Origin: Candidatus Poribacteria bacterium
Lineage (GTDB): Bacteria > Poribacteria > WGA-4E > WGA-3G
NCBI GenBank assembly: GCA_965217715.1
Contig: OZ244563.1
Coordinates: 1,445,083-1,509,082, forward strand
DNA length: 64,000 nt
Direction of reading: 5' to 3'
Every line of letters begins with the position of its first letter. Within the stretch, counting starts at the first letter, position 1. Positions 51,155 to 58,606 of the stretch are shown piece after piece. Position numbers and translations under genes: made by a program. The notes beneath the pieces are model-generated. The model was not told where the DNA came from, searched no databases, and saw only the letters and a program-made list of their open reading frames with translations.

Positions 51155-52174
51155 CTAACGTGCATCCTCAGTAAGTTTATGGAGTGTTTGGAGCTGTCTT
51201 TGGTCAGATATTACAAAGAGCGCATCCCCCGCTTCAATTTTCAAATCTCCTGAAGGGTTATAGATATATGTTCCATCCTTGCTGCGAATAGCTATCACAA
51301 CTAACCCTGTTTCTTCCTTTATAGTGGCTTGTTCTATTGTAATTCCATCAAGTTTAGAGTCAGGTTGGATAATAGATTCAGCGAATCGTGTTGTTTGTCG
51401 ACTTACTTGCATTTTAGCAAAAAAATCAATTAAATGCGGCTCAAGTATGCCAGAAGCGAGTCGAATTCCGCCGATATGGTCTGGTAAAACGACTTCATCC
51501 GCCCCTGCGCTGACAAGTTTGTCCGGGGAATTATGTTCCACTGCTTTAGAGGCAACCCGCAGGGTGGGATTAAGGTTTTTGGCAGAAATGACGACAAATA
51601 GATTATCTTGATCACGACTTAAACAAGCAACAAGCCCCTTGGCACGTTCAACACCTGCACGGATAAGCACATCATCATCGGTTGCATCACCGTGTAGGTA
51701 TAAAAAATCATGGATTTCGGCGAGATGTTCCAATCGTTCCTCATCCACTTCTATCCCGACAAAACTGGCTTCTGCCTTGAGCATCTCCTCAAGTACATGC
51801 ACGCCAGTGTCCCCTATTCCACAGATAATATAATGGTTAGATAGTTTATCAACAGTTCGTATCATTTTTCTTTGTTTGAAAAAACTCAATAATTGTCCTT
51901 CAATCAGGATGGCAGTTGTGATGGTAATGCAATAGACGAACATTCCAACACCGCCGATAAGTAGAAACATGGTGAAAATTTGTCCGGCTTTACTCATCTC
52001 CCCATCATCATAACCCGCTGTTGTTACCGTAATTAAGGTCATCCAAACTGCGTCAAGTAGATCCCAATCTTTATGGGGATTGTCCTTTTCGAGTATGGTA
52101 TAACCGACAGTACCGATGATGAGGAGGCCAAACAACAGACTGAAGGCGATGATGATCTTGCGTTGATAATTCAT
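51155..52174 (-). CDS. potassium-channel-like protein with RCK/TrkA-N and TrkA-C domains; non-canonical filter TTAGYDDG
   Basis: Two TM helices plus a pore loop. RCK domain with GxGxxG (ICGIGDTG). Confidence 0.6.
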   Translation of the reverse strand: MNYQRKIIIAFSLLFGLLIIGTVGYTILEKDNPHKDWDLLDAVWMTLITVTTAGYDDGEMSKAGQIFTMFLLIGGVGMFVYCITITTAILIEGQLLSFFKQRKMIRTVDKLSNHYIICGIGDTGVHVLEEMLKAEASFVGIEVDEERLEHLAEIHDFLYLHGDATDDDVLIRAGVERAKGLVACLSRDQDNLFVVISAKNLNPTLRVASKAVEHNSPDKLVSAGADEVVLPDHIGGIRLASGILEPHLIDFFAKMQVSRQTTRFAESIIQPDSKLDGITIEQATIKEETGLVVIAIRSKDGTYIYNPSGDLKIEAGDALFVISDQRQLQTLHKLTEDAR

Positions 52175-52240
52175 TATCCTCCGTTTTAATGTCGTCTATG
52201 TGCGACTTACAGATACCTTGTCTATTACCCATCAGAGCTT

Positions 52241-52645
52241 CTAATTAGGAGTACTGTTTGCTTCTTCGTTTTCCGTTTCTCCTGTCTCAGTTGAGATGTC
52301 TTCCTCGTTTGGTGTATCTTGTTCTGCCGTATCATGAGATTCGTCCTGTTTAAGTGTATCTTGCTGGCTATTGACAGCACGGACATATCCTATTCTCAAA
52401 TCATAGAGAGAATTTGCTAAAAAATTGGATTCAGGGGCGGTTAAGTTTCCTTTTGTTTTTTCTTCTAACATCTCTAAGGTATCAATCATTCGTTTTGCTA
52501 AACCGAGATTGACAATAACTGTTTCTGTTTCCGGGTCTCGGAAGCCCTGAAGATAGAGATGCGCGGTTGTGATCAGGTCAGAGATAAAAGATACAAAATC
52601 AACTGGCGGGAGTTGAACCTCTTCCTGAGTTGTGTTTTCTTCCAT
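52241..52645 (-). CDS. acidic hypothetical protein (134 aa)
   Basis: ORF only; Glu/Asp-rich tail. Confidence 0.3.
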   Translation of the reverse strand: MEENTTQEEVQLPPVDFVSFISDLITTAHLYLQGFRDPETETVIVNLGLAKRMIDTLEMLEEKTKGNLTAPESNFLANSLYDLRIGYVRAVNSQQDTLKQDESHDTAEQDTPNEEDISTETGETENEEANSTPN

Positions 52646-52728
52646 TTAACTTCTCCTGATTTGACGCAATGATTCCGATGAGATATAATCGGAAGTTTTA
52701 TAGAAATTCTTTTATGGATTAAACAAAA

Positions 52729-53097
52729 TTATTCATCAAAAATAATTATTTGTGTGAGTAGACTTCCCGCTTGGTTGTTGTTGTTTGGGTTTTCGTTCAT
52801 AGCCAAAAAAATAACACCATCTGCGGGGGCAGGATTATCGTAGCGTGACCCGACAGCGAAAACGGCACTTCCGATTTTTGCGATGAGCGCACCAACGTTA
52901 GTACCAGGAAGAAGAAAACCATCTCCAGCAGGGGTTTTAGGCACACCGTCAGCACCGCACCACCCTGTTCGATTTTGTAGGTCAGGCGACCATGCACCAT
53001 CGGCATCAATTACAAGACGTTGTCCTTTTTTCACGCGTACATAACTTTCTTGCCAAACTGGACTCGGACGAGATGTCCGAATAACTGTTAACGCCAT
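52729..53097 (-). CDS. PA-IL (LecA)-like lectin-domain protein
   Basis: GALIAKIGSAV versus LecA GALVMKIGNSG. DADGAWSPD versus AAGWASYGP. C-terminal Asn-rich loop then IIIF. Confidence 0.35.
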   Translation of the reverse strand: MALTVIRTSRPSPVWQESYVRVKKGQRLVIDADGAWSPDLQNRTGWCGADGVPKTPAGDGFLLPGTNVGALIAKIGSAVFAVGSRYDNPAPADGVIFLAMNENPNNNNQAGSLLTQIIIFDE

Positions 53098-53160
53098 TCA
53101 ATTCTCCTTGCTACTTTGAGATTTGGACGGTCGTTGCGATATGACTGACCGTCCAATTTC

Positions 53161-53784
53161 TTAATTTTCGCTGCGTTCGCGAATTGTAATATTCGTTATT
53201 TTATCATTCTTTTCAATACTGTCTAAAACATCTAAACCTTTGACAACTTTACCAAGGATAGTCCAATCTCCATCCAATTCGATTGCATCTTTACAGATCA
53301 TGAACTCGTCACCATTAGCAAGGTTTGATCCCTCTTCAGTTATCATTAGCACTGTCCCTTTTACAAGAGGATGCTCGCTTGTTTCGATGGAGAGCGTGTC
53401 ATCAGCAAAACTTGAACCGGCTTGTATAAAGAGTTCCTGAACCTCGTGAAATTTCTCACTTCGGTAAAACCCGCGGCTCGCGTTAGTGATAAAGTTTTTC
53501 GAAGCTTGTGGTGCATCAGATGCAAAAAATTCGAATTCAATATTACCTTTTGCCGTTTCAATCACAGCTATTGCGTTTGCTGGGTCAATCATTGGCTTGG
53601 CTTCTGGCTCTGTTTTTTCACTATCTTCTGCAGGTTTAATTACCTCTTGTGGGGTTGTTGTTTCTGTTGTGGATTCCGATTCCTTTTGGTCTTGCTGAGC
53701 ACAACCGGACACAAAAGTAACAAATAGACACATTAACACCAAGATTATGACTGGGAATTGATTAATTTTCTGCTGCCTTAACAT
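53161..53784 (-). CDS. divergent cyclophilin-like lipoprotein
   Basis: Lipobox VSGCAQQ. IEFEFFASDAPQASKNF and FHEV resemble a cyclophilin core with substitutions. Confidence 0.45.
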   Translation of the reverse strand: MLRQQKINQFPVIILVLMCLFVTFVSGCAQQDQKESESTTETTTPQEVIKPAEDSEKTEPEAKPMIDPANAIAVIETAKGNIEFEFFASDAPQASKNFITNASRGFYRSEKFHEVQELFIQAGSSFADDTLSIETSEHPLVKGTVLMITEEGSNLANGDEFMICKDAIELDGDWTILGKVVKGLDVLDSIEKNDKITNITIRERSEN

Positions 53785-54349
53785 ATTTTGACTTTACCTC
53801 CAATCGGATTGTAGTCATGACATCGCCTATCTGTAAAAGATCGACGACATCCATTCCTTGAATGACGCCACCGAAAGTGGTATATTGTCCGTCGAGATGA
53901 GGCTGTGGTTTGAGGCAGATATAGAACTGGCTTCCGGACGAATCGGGGATATCTGCACGTGCCATCGCTACCGTACCTCTTAGGTGCTTCCGCTGATTCG
54001 GATTTGTGTATTCGTCCTTAATGGTCCAACCGGGACTACCTGTTCCATCACCTCTCGGACATCCTCCTTGAACAATATTCAAACCGGGTGCGTCAACTAT
54101 TCGATGAAATGTTAATCCATCGTAGAACTTCTGTTTTATCAATTTTTTGAAGTTTTCGACTGCCACAGGGGCAGACTCAATATAGAACTCAATCACGAAT
54201 GTCCCTTTTTTAGTTTTAACGACTGCGACTTCCTCCTTAGGAACTTCGACCTGCTCCTTAGGATCTTTGCTTGAGAAAAAGGGGAGCACGCAACCCGTTA
54301 AGGTGAGTGTAACTATAATCTGTGGTAATAGATGAGCCAATGTCTTCAT
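53762..54349 (-). CDS. cyclophilin-type peptidyl-prolyl cis-trans isomerase (secreted)
   Basis: FVIEFYIESAPVAVENFKKL...FHRIV...QGGCP...SGSQFYICL...LDGQYTTFGGVIQGMDVV. Confidence 0.8.
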   Translation of the reverse strand: MKTLAHLLPQIIVTLTLTGCVLPFFSSKDPKEQVEVPKEEVAVVKTKKGTFVIEFYIESAPVAVENFKKLIKQKFYDGLTFHRIVDAPGLNIVQGGCPRGDGTGSPGWTIKDEYTNPNQRKHLRGTVAMARADIPDSSGSQFYICLKPQPHLDGQYTTFGGVIQGMDVVDLLQIGDVMTTIRLEVKSKYVKAAEN

Positions 54350-54499
54350 TATTTTCCTTTGCTATATTAACGTGAGTTCGGCATAAGCAATTTTGGGTAT
54401 TGGTGCGGTTAGAAAACTACACCTACCGTGGCTATGAGAATTGAATTCAAAGCATTAAGTACTTCATATCTCTTACACCGAACTCACGTTATATTATAG

Positions 54500-54644
54500 C
54501 GTATCTCATAAATCGTGCAAGAGAAGTTTTATCCATTAGACTTAAAATAAGCAGCGTTTGTAGTAGCACAATTCATTGTGCGTCTAAACGTTTTTATGTT
54601 GAACTCATGTGATCTGAATTAACAAATCGTATTTATGAGATACG
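54500..54644. repeat. family-C MITE-like element (TIR cgtatctcataaat / atttatgagatacg; core gtttgtagtagcacaattcattgtgcgt)
   Basis: A direct copy sits at 56750-56882 on the other side of gene 55022-56593. Confidence 0.7.
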
Positions 54645-54936
54645 GCCTACATTCTGTAGGAGTGAACTCACGGGCGCGAACACAAAATTGTTGGGTATCA
54701 CCAGCTCAACCCATAGGTGTCAATTTTAGGATCTATCTCCCTGTTGGAGGGGTTTTTAACCCCGATATAACCGCTTGAATCTCACAAAATCGGGCTTACA
54801 AGGAACTACAACAAGAGAAAATCCAGCAATTTTTTCTTAAGTTGACAGCTATGGGTATCGCCAGCTCAACCCAACCTACGAATTCTCGGGCAAAAAGTTG
54901 GATATCGCTAACGCTCCACCCAATCTACTGTTAAAC

Positions 54937-54997
54937 TGTAGGAGGAAACTCCGATTCCCGACAAAAAACGGGTCGCGACCAGGAAGTCGCTCCTACA
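54937..54997. repeat. family-B MITE-like element (reverse-orientation relative of 44042-44108)
   Basis: ctgtaggaggaaactccgattcccga...gtcgcgaccaggaagtcgctcctacag. Confidence 0.75.
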
Positions 54998-55021
54998 GAA
55001 TATAGAACGAACCACCTGCAT

Positions 55022-56593
55022 TTAATTAGATTCGACCTGTGCTACATTTTCCTCATACTCAAAAATACGTTCGGGACTGGACAGGTTCAAGATAGCAAAC
55101 CCTTCGTATTCGTGGACGGTGTAGGTATGCCTACCCCGCTGCACCTCATATACCCGTATTTTTTCGGTGATTAAAACAACAATCTCATCCGGAGCCCTCT
55201 CACCGTATAATATCGTATCACCGATGACAGGATCGCCATCAAGACTTTCACTCCAAGGCTGAGGGTTTAATAGAATACGCACTTCAACGCGGTCCTCCGG
55301 ATCACCGATGGCTTTGTAGAGTCCTGTTATCTTATAGTTTCTACGCACAACCGACTCAGTCCGTATCCGATATCTGCCTAACACTTTCAATTCAGGTGTT
55401 AGCGAGATTTCAGGTAGGTTCTTGTTCGGGTCTACGTCTCCGACTTGTGGTGGCGGTGCATCTGCTGGTCTTTCAGTGTAAAAGCGCGAGTTACCAAGAA
55501 CGAAATGATCGCAGTGTCTACCATCATCGGCATCTGTCATTATCAACGTCAATTTCTCTGTGCCTGCGGGAATATCAAAACCGACTCTCGTTATTTCTTC
55601 ACCCGTTATGACACCAGAATCGTAGATCTCAATACCATCTGCTAAACAATAAAGCTGAACAGTGGCACTGCCTTCGCAGGGGTTCGGCAGCAGCACAGCA
55701 CTATCAAAATAAACGAAGTCGTGATCGGACAAGTCAAATTCCATGAAACTTCTCACAGCTGCATAGATCCAATGTTGGAAAGTATTAATATCCCAGTCCA
55801 GAAAACCGCTCTGCCTTTTTGTGATTTCTCCACCGAGTATTTTTTCCCAAGTGCCATCGTTGTGATGAGTCCAATCATTGCTATGGTTAGTCGGTCTAAT
55901 TGCATTTTCACTCTCAGAATAATGTGAGAGGTATGCACCTGTATACGTGCTTTTACCTTCAGGCACTTCGAGCAACAGGCGTGTGTTGCCGATAATATAA
56001 TGATTACAGCTGCCATCACCGACATCAGCAACTTTGAGCGTCAGTGTTTTGGTGCCAACAGGAATTTCAAATTCCATCTTGATAATATCTTTGGTTGTGA
56101 TAGCACCTGTTTTGTAGACATGAACACCGTCCGCTAACCATATCACATCTATGGCGGCACCACCGTCACAAAGATGGGGACGCACGACAGCACCTTCAAA
56201 AAATACATAATCATGATCTTCTAAAGCGAAATCAAATTTACTTTCGGCGTGTGAGAAGAACCAATAGTCAAAAGTATTGAGCAAACTACTACTTACAGAG
56301 AAAGCATTGGACGGTCTTTGTGATAACTCCTCACCTTTCACTTTCTCCCAAATTCCGTGTTCCCAACCTGCCCATTCACTGCTATCGTTAATAGGTATCA
56401 TCGCTTCAGGACTTTCAGAGGATAATGATAGATATCGTTCAGAAGGTCCTACATCTCCATCCATCATCACATCCATGGCAGACTTCTGCATCTCGTTACA
56501 GCCAGCAGAAAAACAACAGATGACAACCAAACTAACAAATACTGCAGATAAGTAACGATTAAATTTCATTTGTAAATTCCTTCTAATACGCAT
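55022..56593 (-). CDS. secreted lipoprotein with two tandem homologous about 200-aa beta-sandwich-like domains (possible carbohydrate-binding modules)
   Basis: Lipobox FSAGC. Internal duplication: W(A/T)xxxxGxWEK...LSDHD(Y/F)V(F/Y)F...P..C(D/E)G.A...L.ADG...Y.(T/S)G.IT....I...F.IP.GT..LTL...D..DG.....H(Y/F)..GN.R. Confidence 0.4.
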   Translation of the reverse strand: MRIRRNLQMKFNRYLSAVFVSLVVICCFSAGCNEMQKSAMDVMMDGDVGPSERYLSLSSESPEAMIPINDSSEWAGWEHGIWEKVKGEELSQRPSNAFSVSSSLLNTFDYWFFSHAESKFDFALEDHDYVFFEGAVVRPHLCDGGAAIDVIWLADGVHVYKTGAITTKDIIKMEFEIPVGTKTLTLKVADVGDGSCNHYIIGNTRLLLEVPEGKSTYTGAYLSHYSESENAIRPTNHSNDWTHHNDGTWEKILGGEITKRQSGFLDWDINTFQHWIYAAVRSFMEFDLSDHDFVYFDSAVLLPNPCEGSATVQLYCLADGIEIYDSGVITGEEITRVGFDIPAGTEKLTLIMTDADDGRHCDHFVLGNSRFYTERPADAPPPQVGDVDPNKNLPEISLTPELKVLGRYRIRTESVVRRNYKITGLYKAIGDPEDRVEVRILLNPQPWSESLDGDPVIGDTILYGERAPDEIVVLITEKIRVYEVQRGRHTYTVHEYEGFAILNLSSPERIFEYEENVAQVESN

Positions 56594-56749
56594 ATATTCT
56601 ATTTTTCTAAGTATTGAGGTTTGCTCGTTCTGAGTATTCTTGCCGTTCTATAGGTCTAAAAGGGCACGACACGTGTTTATGCCGAATTCTCCCTAAATGA
56701 GTATGTTCAGGATATTATATCCCAACAAAATTATCAAGGAAGTTACAGT

Positions 56750-56882
56750 CTATCTCATAAATAGTAGAAGGACTTTGTAAACCCAATTTATAAAACACCG
56801 TGTTTGTAGTTGCACAATTCATTATGCGTTATGGTAAGGTTAAACACTGTGAAACCAGCAAATTCGGATTTATGAGATACGC
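56750..56882. repeat. family-C MITE-like element (direct copy of 54500-54644)
   Basis: tctatctcataaat ... gtttgtagttgcacaattcattatgcgt ... atttatgagatacgc. Confidence 0.7.
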
Positions 56883-56887
56883 TCTAA

Positions 56888-57664
56888 TTATTTAGATTTA
56901 AGGCGCGCCCAAGTTGTCGTTAATTTGTCTTGGGGAAGAACATCCGCCGCATTAGGATTATCCATATCTATTCTGAGTTCATCCTCGGTTAACGCATAGT
57001 TGTACATTTTGATTTCGTCAAGGGCACCGTTGACAAAACGTTGGTTTCCCCCGCGTGCGCCAATAAAAAGTGGTTCATTGTTAGCAGTAAGCTTTCCCTT
57101 ACATTCCAATTCTTTATTGAGTTCACCATCAATATACAACTTGATTGTGGTGCCATCCCACGTGCCTGCAAGAAAGTGCCACGTTTCATCTTGTATATTG
57201 TCGCCAATATTATGTTCTCGACAATTATCGGGTAAATCGAAAAATTGAAGGAGTGAACCGCCTCGGTAGAACGCTGCAAGCGTATACAAACCCGCCTTCC
57301 AAGTGGTTCCTTTTTCAACACCGGTTTGCTCATTGCCTGCCGGGCGGAGATTTGCCCAGTGTTCAATTGTAATGCCATCAACCATATCCAAACTGTCATG
57401 GTCAGAAATTTCTGCCCATGTTTTTCCATCAAAATCTACTGCTTTCCCAAATTTACCGTCAACCAAATCGGGGTTGCCCTTAAAGGTCGCATCATTACCA
57501 AATTTAGAGAGATCTTCTGCAACGTCTCCTTTCAACTCATCAAAAGAGAGGTACAAAACAAGATCATTTGCAGAAAAAATCTCGGTTGTGAAAATAACAG
57601 TGAACAACATTACACACACTGCAATGTTAGTTAGAACTCTATCGCGTTTTGCCCAGTATTTCAT
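56888..57664 (-). CDS. secreted LamG-like (concanavalin-A-like lectin/glucanase, Laminin_G_3-type) protein; C-terminal KLTTTWARLK motif
   Basis: The motif LDEIKMYNYALTEDEL matches the LamG_3 D(E/D)VRIYNRALS-like signature. N-terminal hydrophobic leader. Confidence 0.5.
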   Translation of the reverse strand: MKYWAKRDRVLTNIAVCVMLFTVIFTTEIFSANDLVLYLSFDELKGDVAEDLSKFGNDATFKGNPDLVDGKFGKAVDFDGKTWAEISDHDSLDMVDGITIEHWANLRPAGNEQTGVEKGTTWKAGLYTLAAFYRGGSLLQFFDLPDNCREHNIGDNIQDETWHFLAGTWDGTTIKLYIDGELNKELECKGKLTANNEPLFIGARGGNQRFVNGALDEIKMYNYALTEDELRIDMDNPNAADVLPQDKLTTTWARLKSK

Positions 57665-57943
57665 GTATATACCTCATTAAAATTTTATACTGTCCTGCCT
57701 AAGAGTTTGTTTCCAATCTTAAGCGAACATGGTTTGAGAATCAAAAGTCCCGAAGTGTACGACCTATATATTAAGAATACCAAAACATTTGGAAAAAGTC
57801 AAGGATTTTCTTAAATAGACATTATAACGTTTTAATTGTGAGTTGTTATTGGTCTTAAAATAAAATCTAAAGTTCGTCCGTTGGGGTTCGCTGCCCTCTA
57901 TCCTTATGTATCAATTTTAGGATTTTCCGAATGTGTGTCCTAC

Positions 57944-58448
57944 ACTTAGTCCCGTAGGGACGATATGTTTTCGCAGCGCATTGGCAATTCCTATGTCGTT
58001 CCTACGGAACTCAAGAGGTGTTGGTATTTTTTCTATAAACATAGCGTTCCTACGGAACTCAAGAGGTCCGAGACATTCGGTAAACCTTAATTCAAATTAA
58101 ATCATTATAATGTCTACTGAATTGTCTGAATCTCGGATTATATACAACCATTGGTAGATGCGGTTTCCTAACCGCACCATAAGCGTCAATTTAAGGAAAT
58201 GCATCTATTTTTGTGTGTGTCCTACACTTAGTCCCGTAGGGACGATATGTTTATAGTAGGACGTGCCATCCCTATACTTAGTCCCGTAGGGACGATATGT
58301 TTTCGCAGCGCATTGGCAATTCCTATGTCGTTCCTACGGAACTCAAGAGGTGTTGGTATTTTTTCTATAAACATAGCGTTCCTACGGAACTCAAGAGGTC
58401 CGAGACATTCGGTAAACCTTAATTCAAATTAAATCATTATAATGTCTA
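57944..58448. repeat. two 173-bp direct copies (57944-58116, 58276-58448) plus a partial third (58215-58256), separated by a family-A palindrome (58153-58178)
   Basis: Each unit holds gtcccgtagggac and two gttcctacggaac palindromes within duplicated cgttcctacggaactcaagaggt. Confidence 0.85.
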
Positions 58449-58606
58449 ATGATTTCTGAGGGTTGATTATAGGTGCCAGTCACTGAATCATCTAAACCAT
58501 AATTTATAGGATTTGGGGTTATCGTTCTCTCCTTAATTTGCCAATTTCCATGAAATTTGCTATAATCTCAGCAGATAGACATATATAATATTGAAACGAG
58601 AAAATT

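Noticed and set aside
58247-58432. 61-aa ORF inside the 173-bp repeat unit
   Set aside because: It lies wholly within non-coding-looking repeat DNA. The low-complexity translation is most likely spurious.
57944-58448. Possible CRISPR array (repeated units upstream of 58607) and the 61-bp tandem pair at 44243-44388
   Set aside because: Units are 61-173 bp, irregularly spaced and only 2-3 copies. The intervening DNA is itself repetitive and not unique spacers. No cas genes are present.
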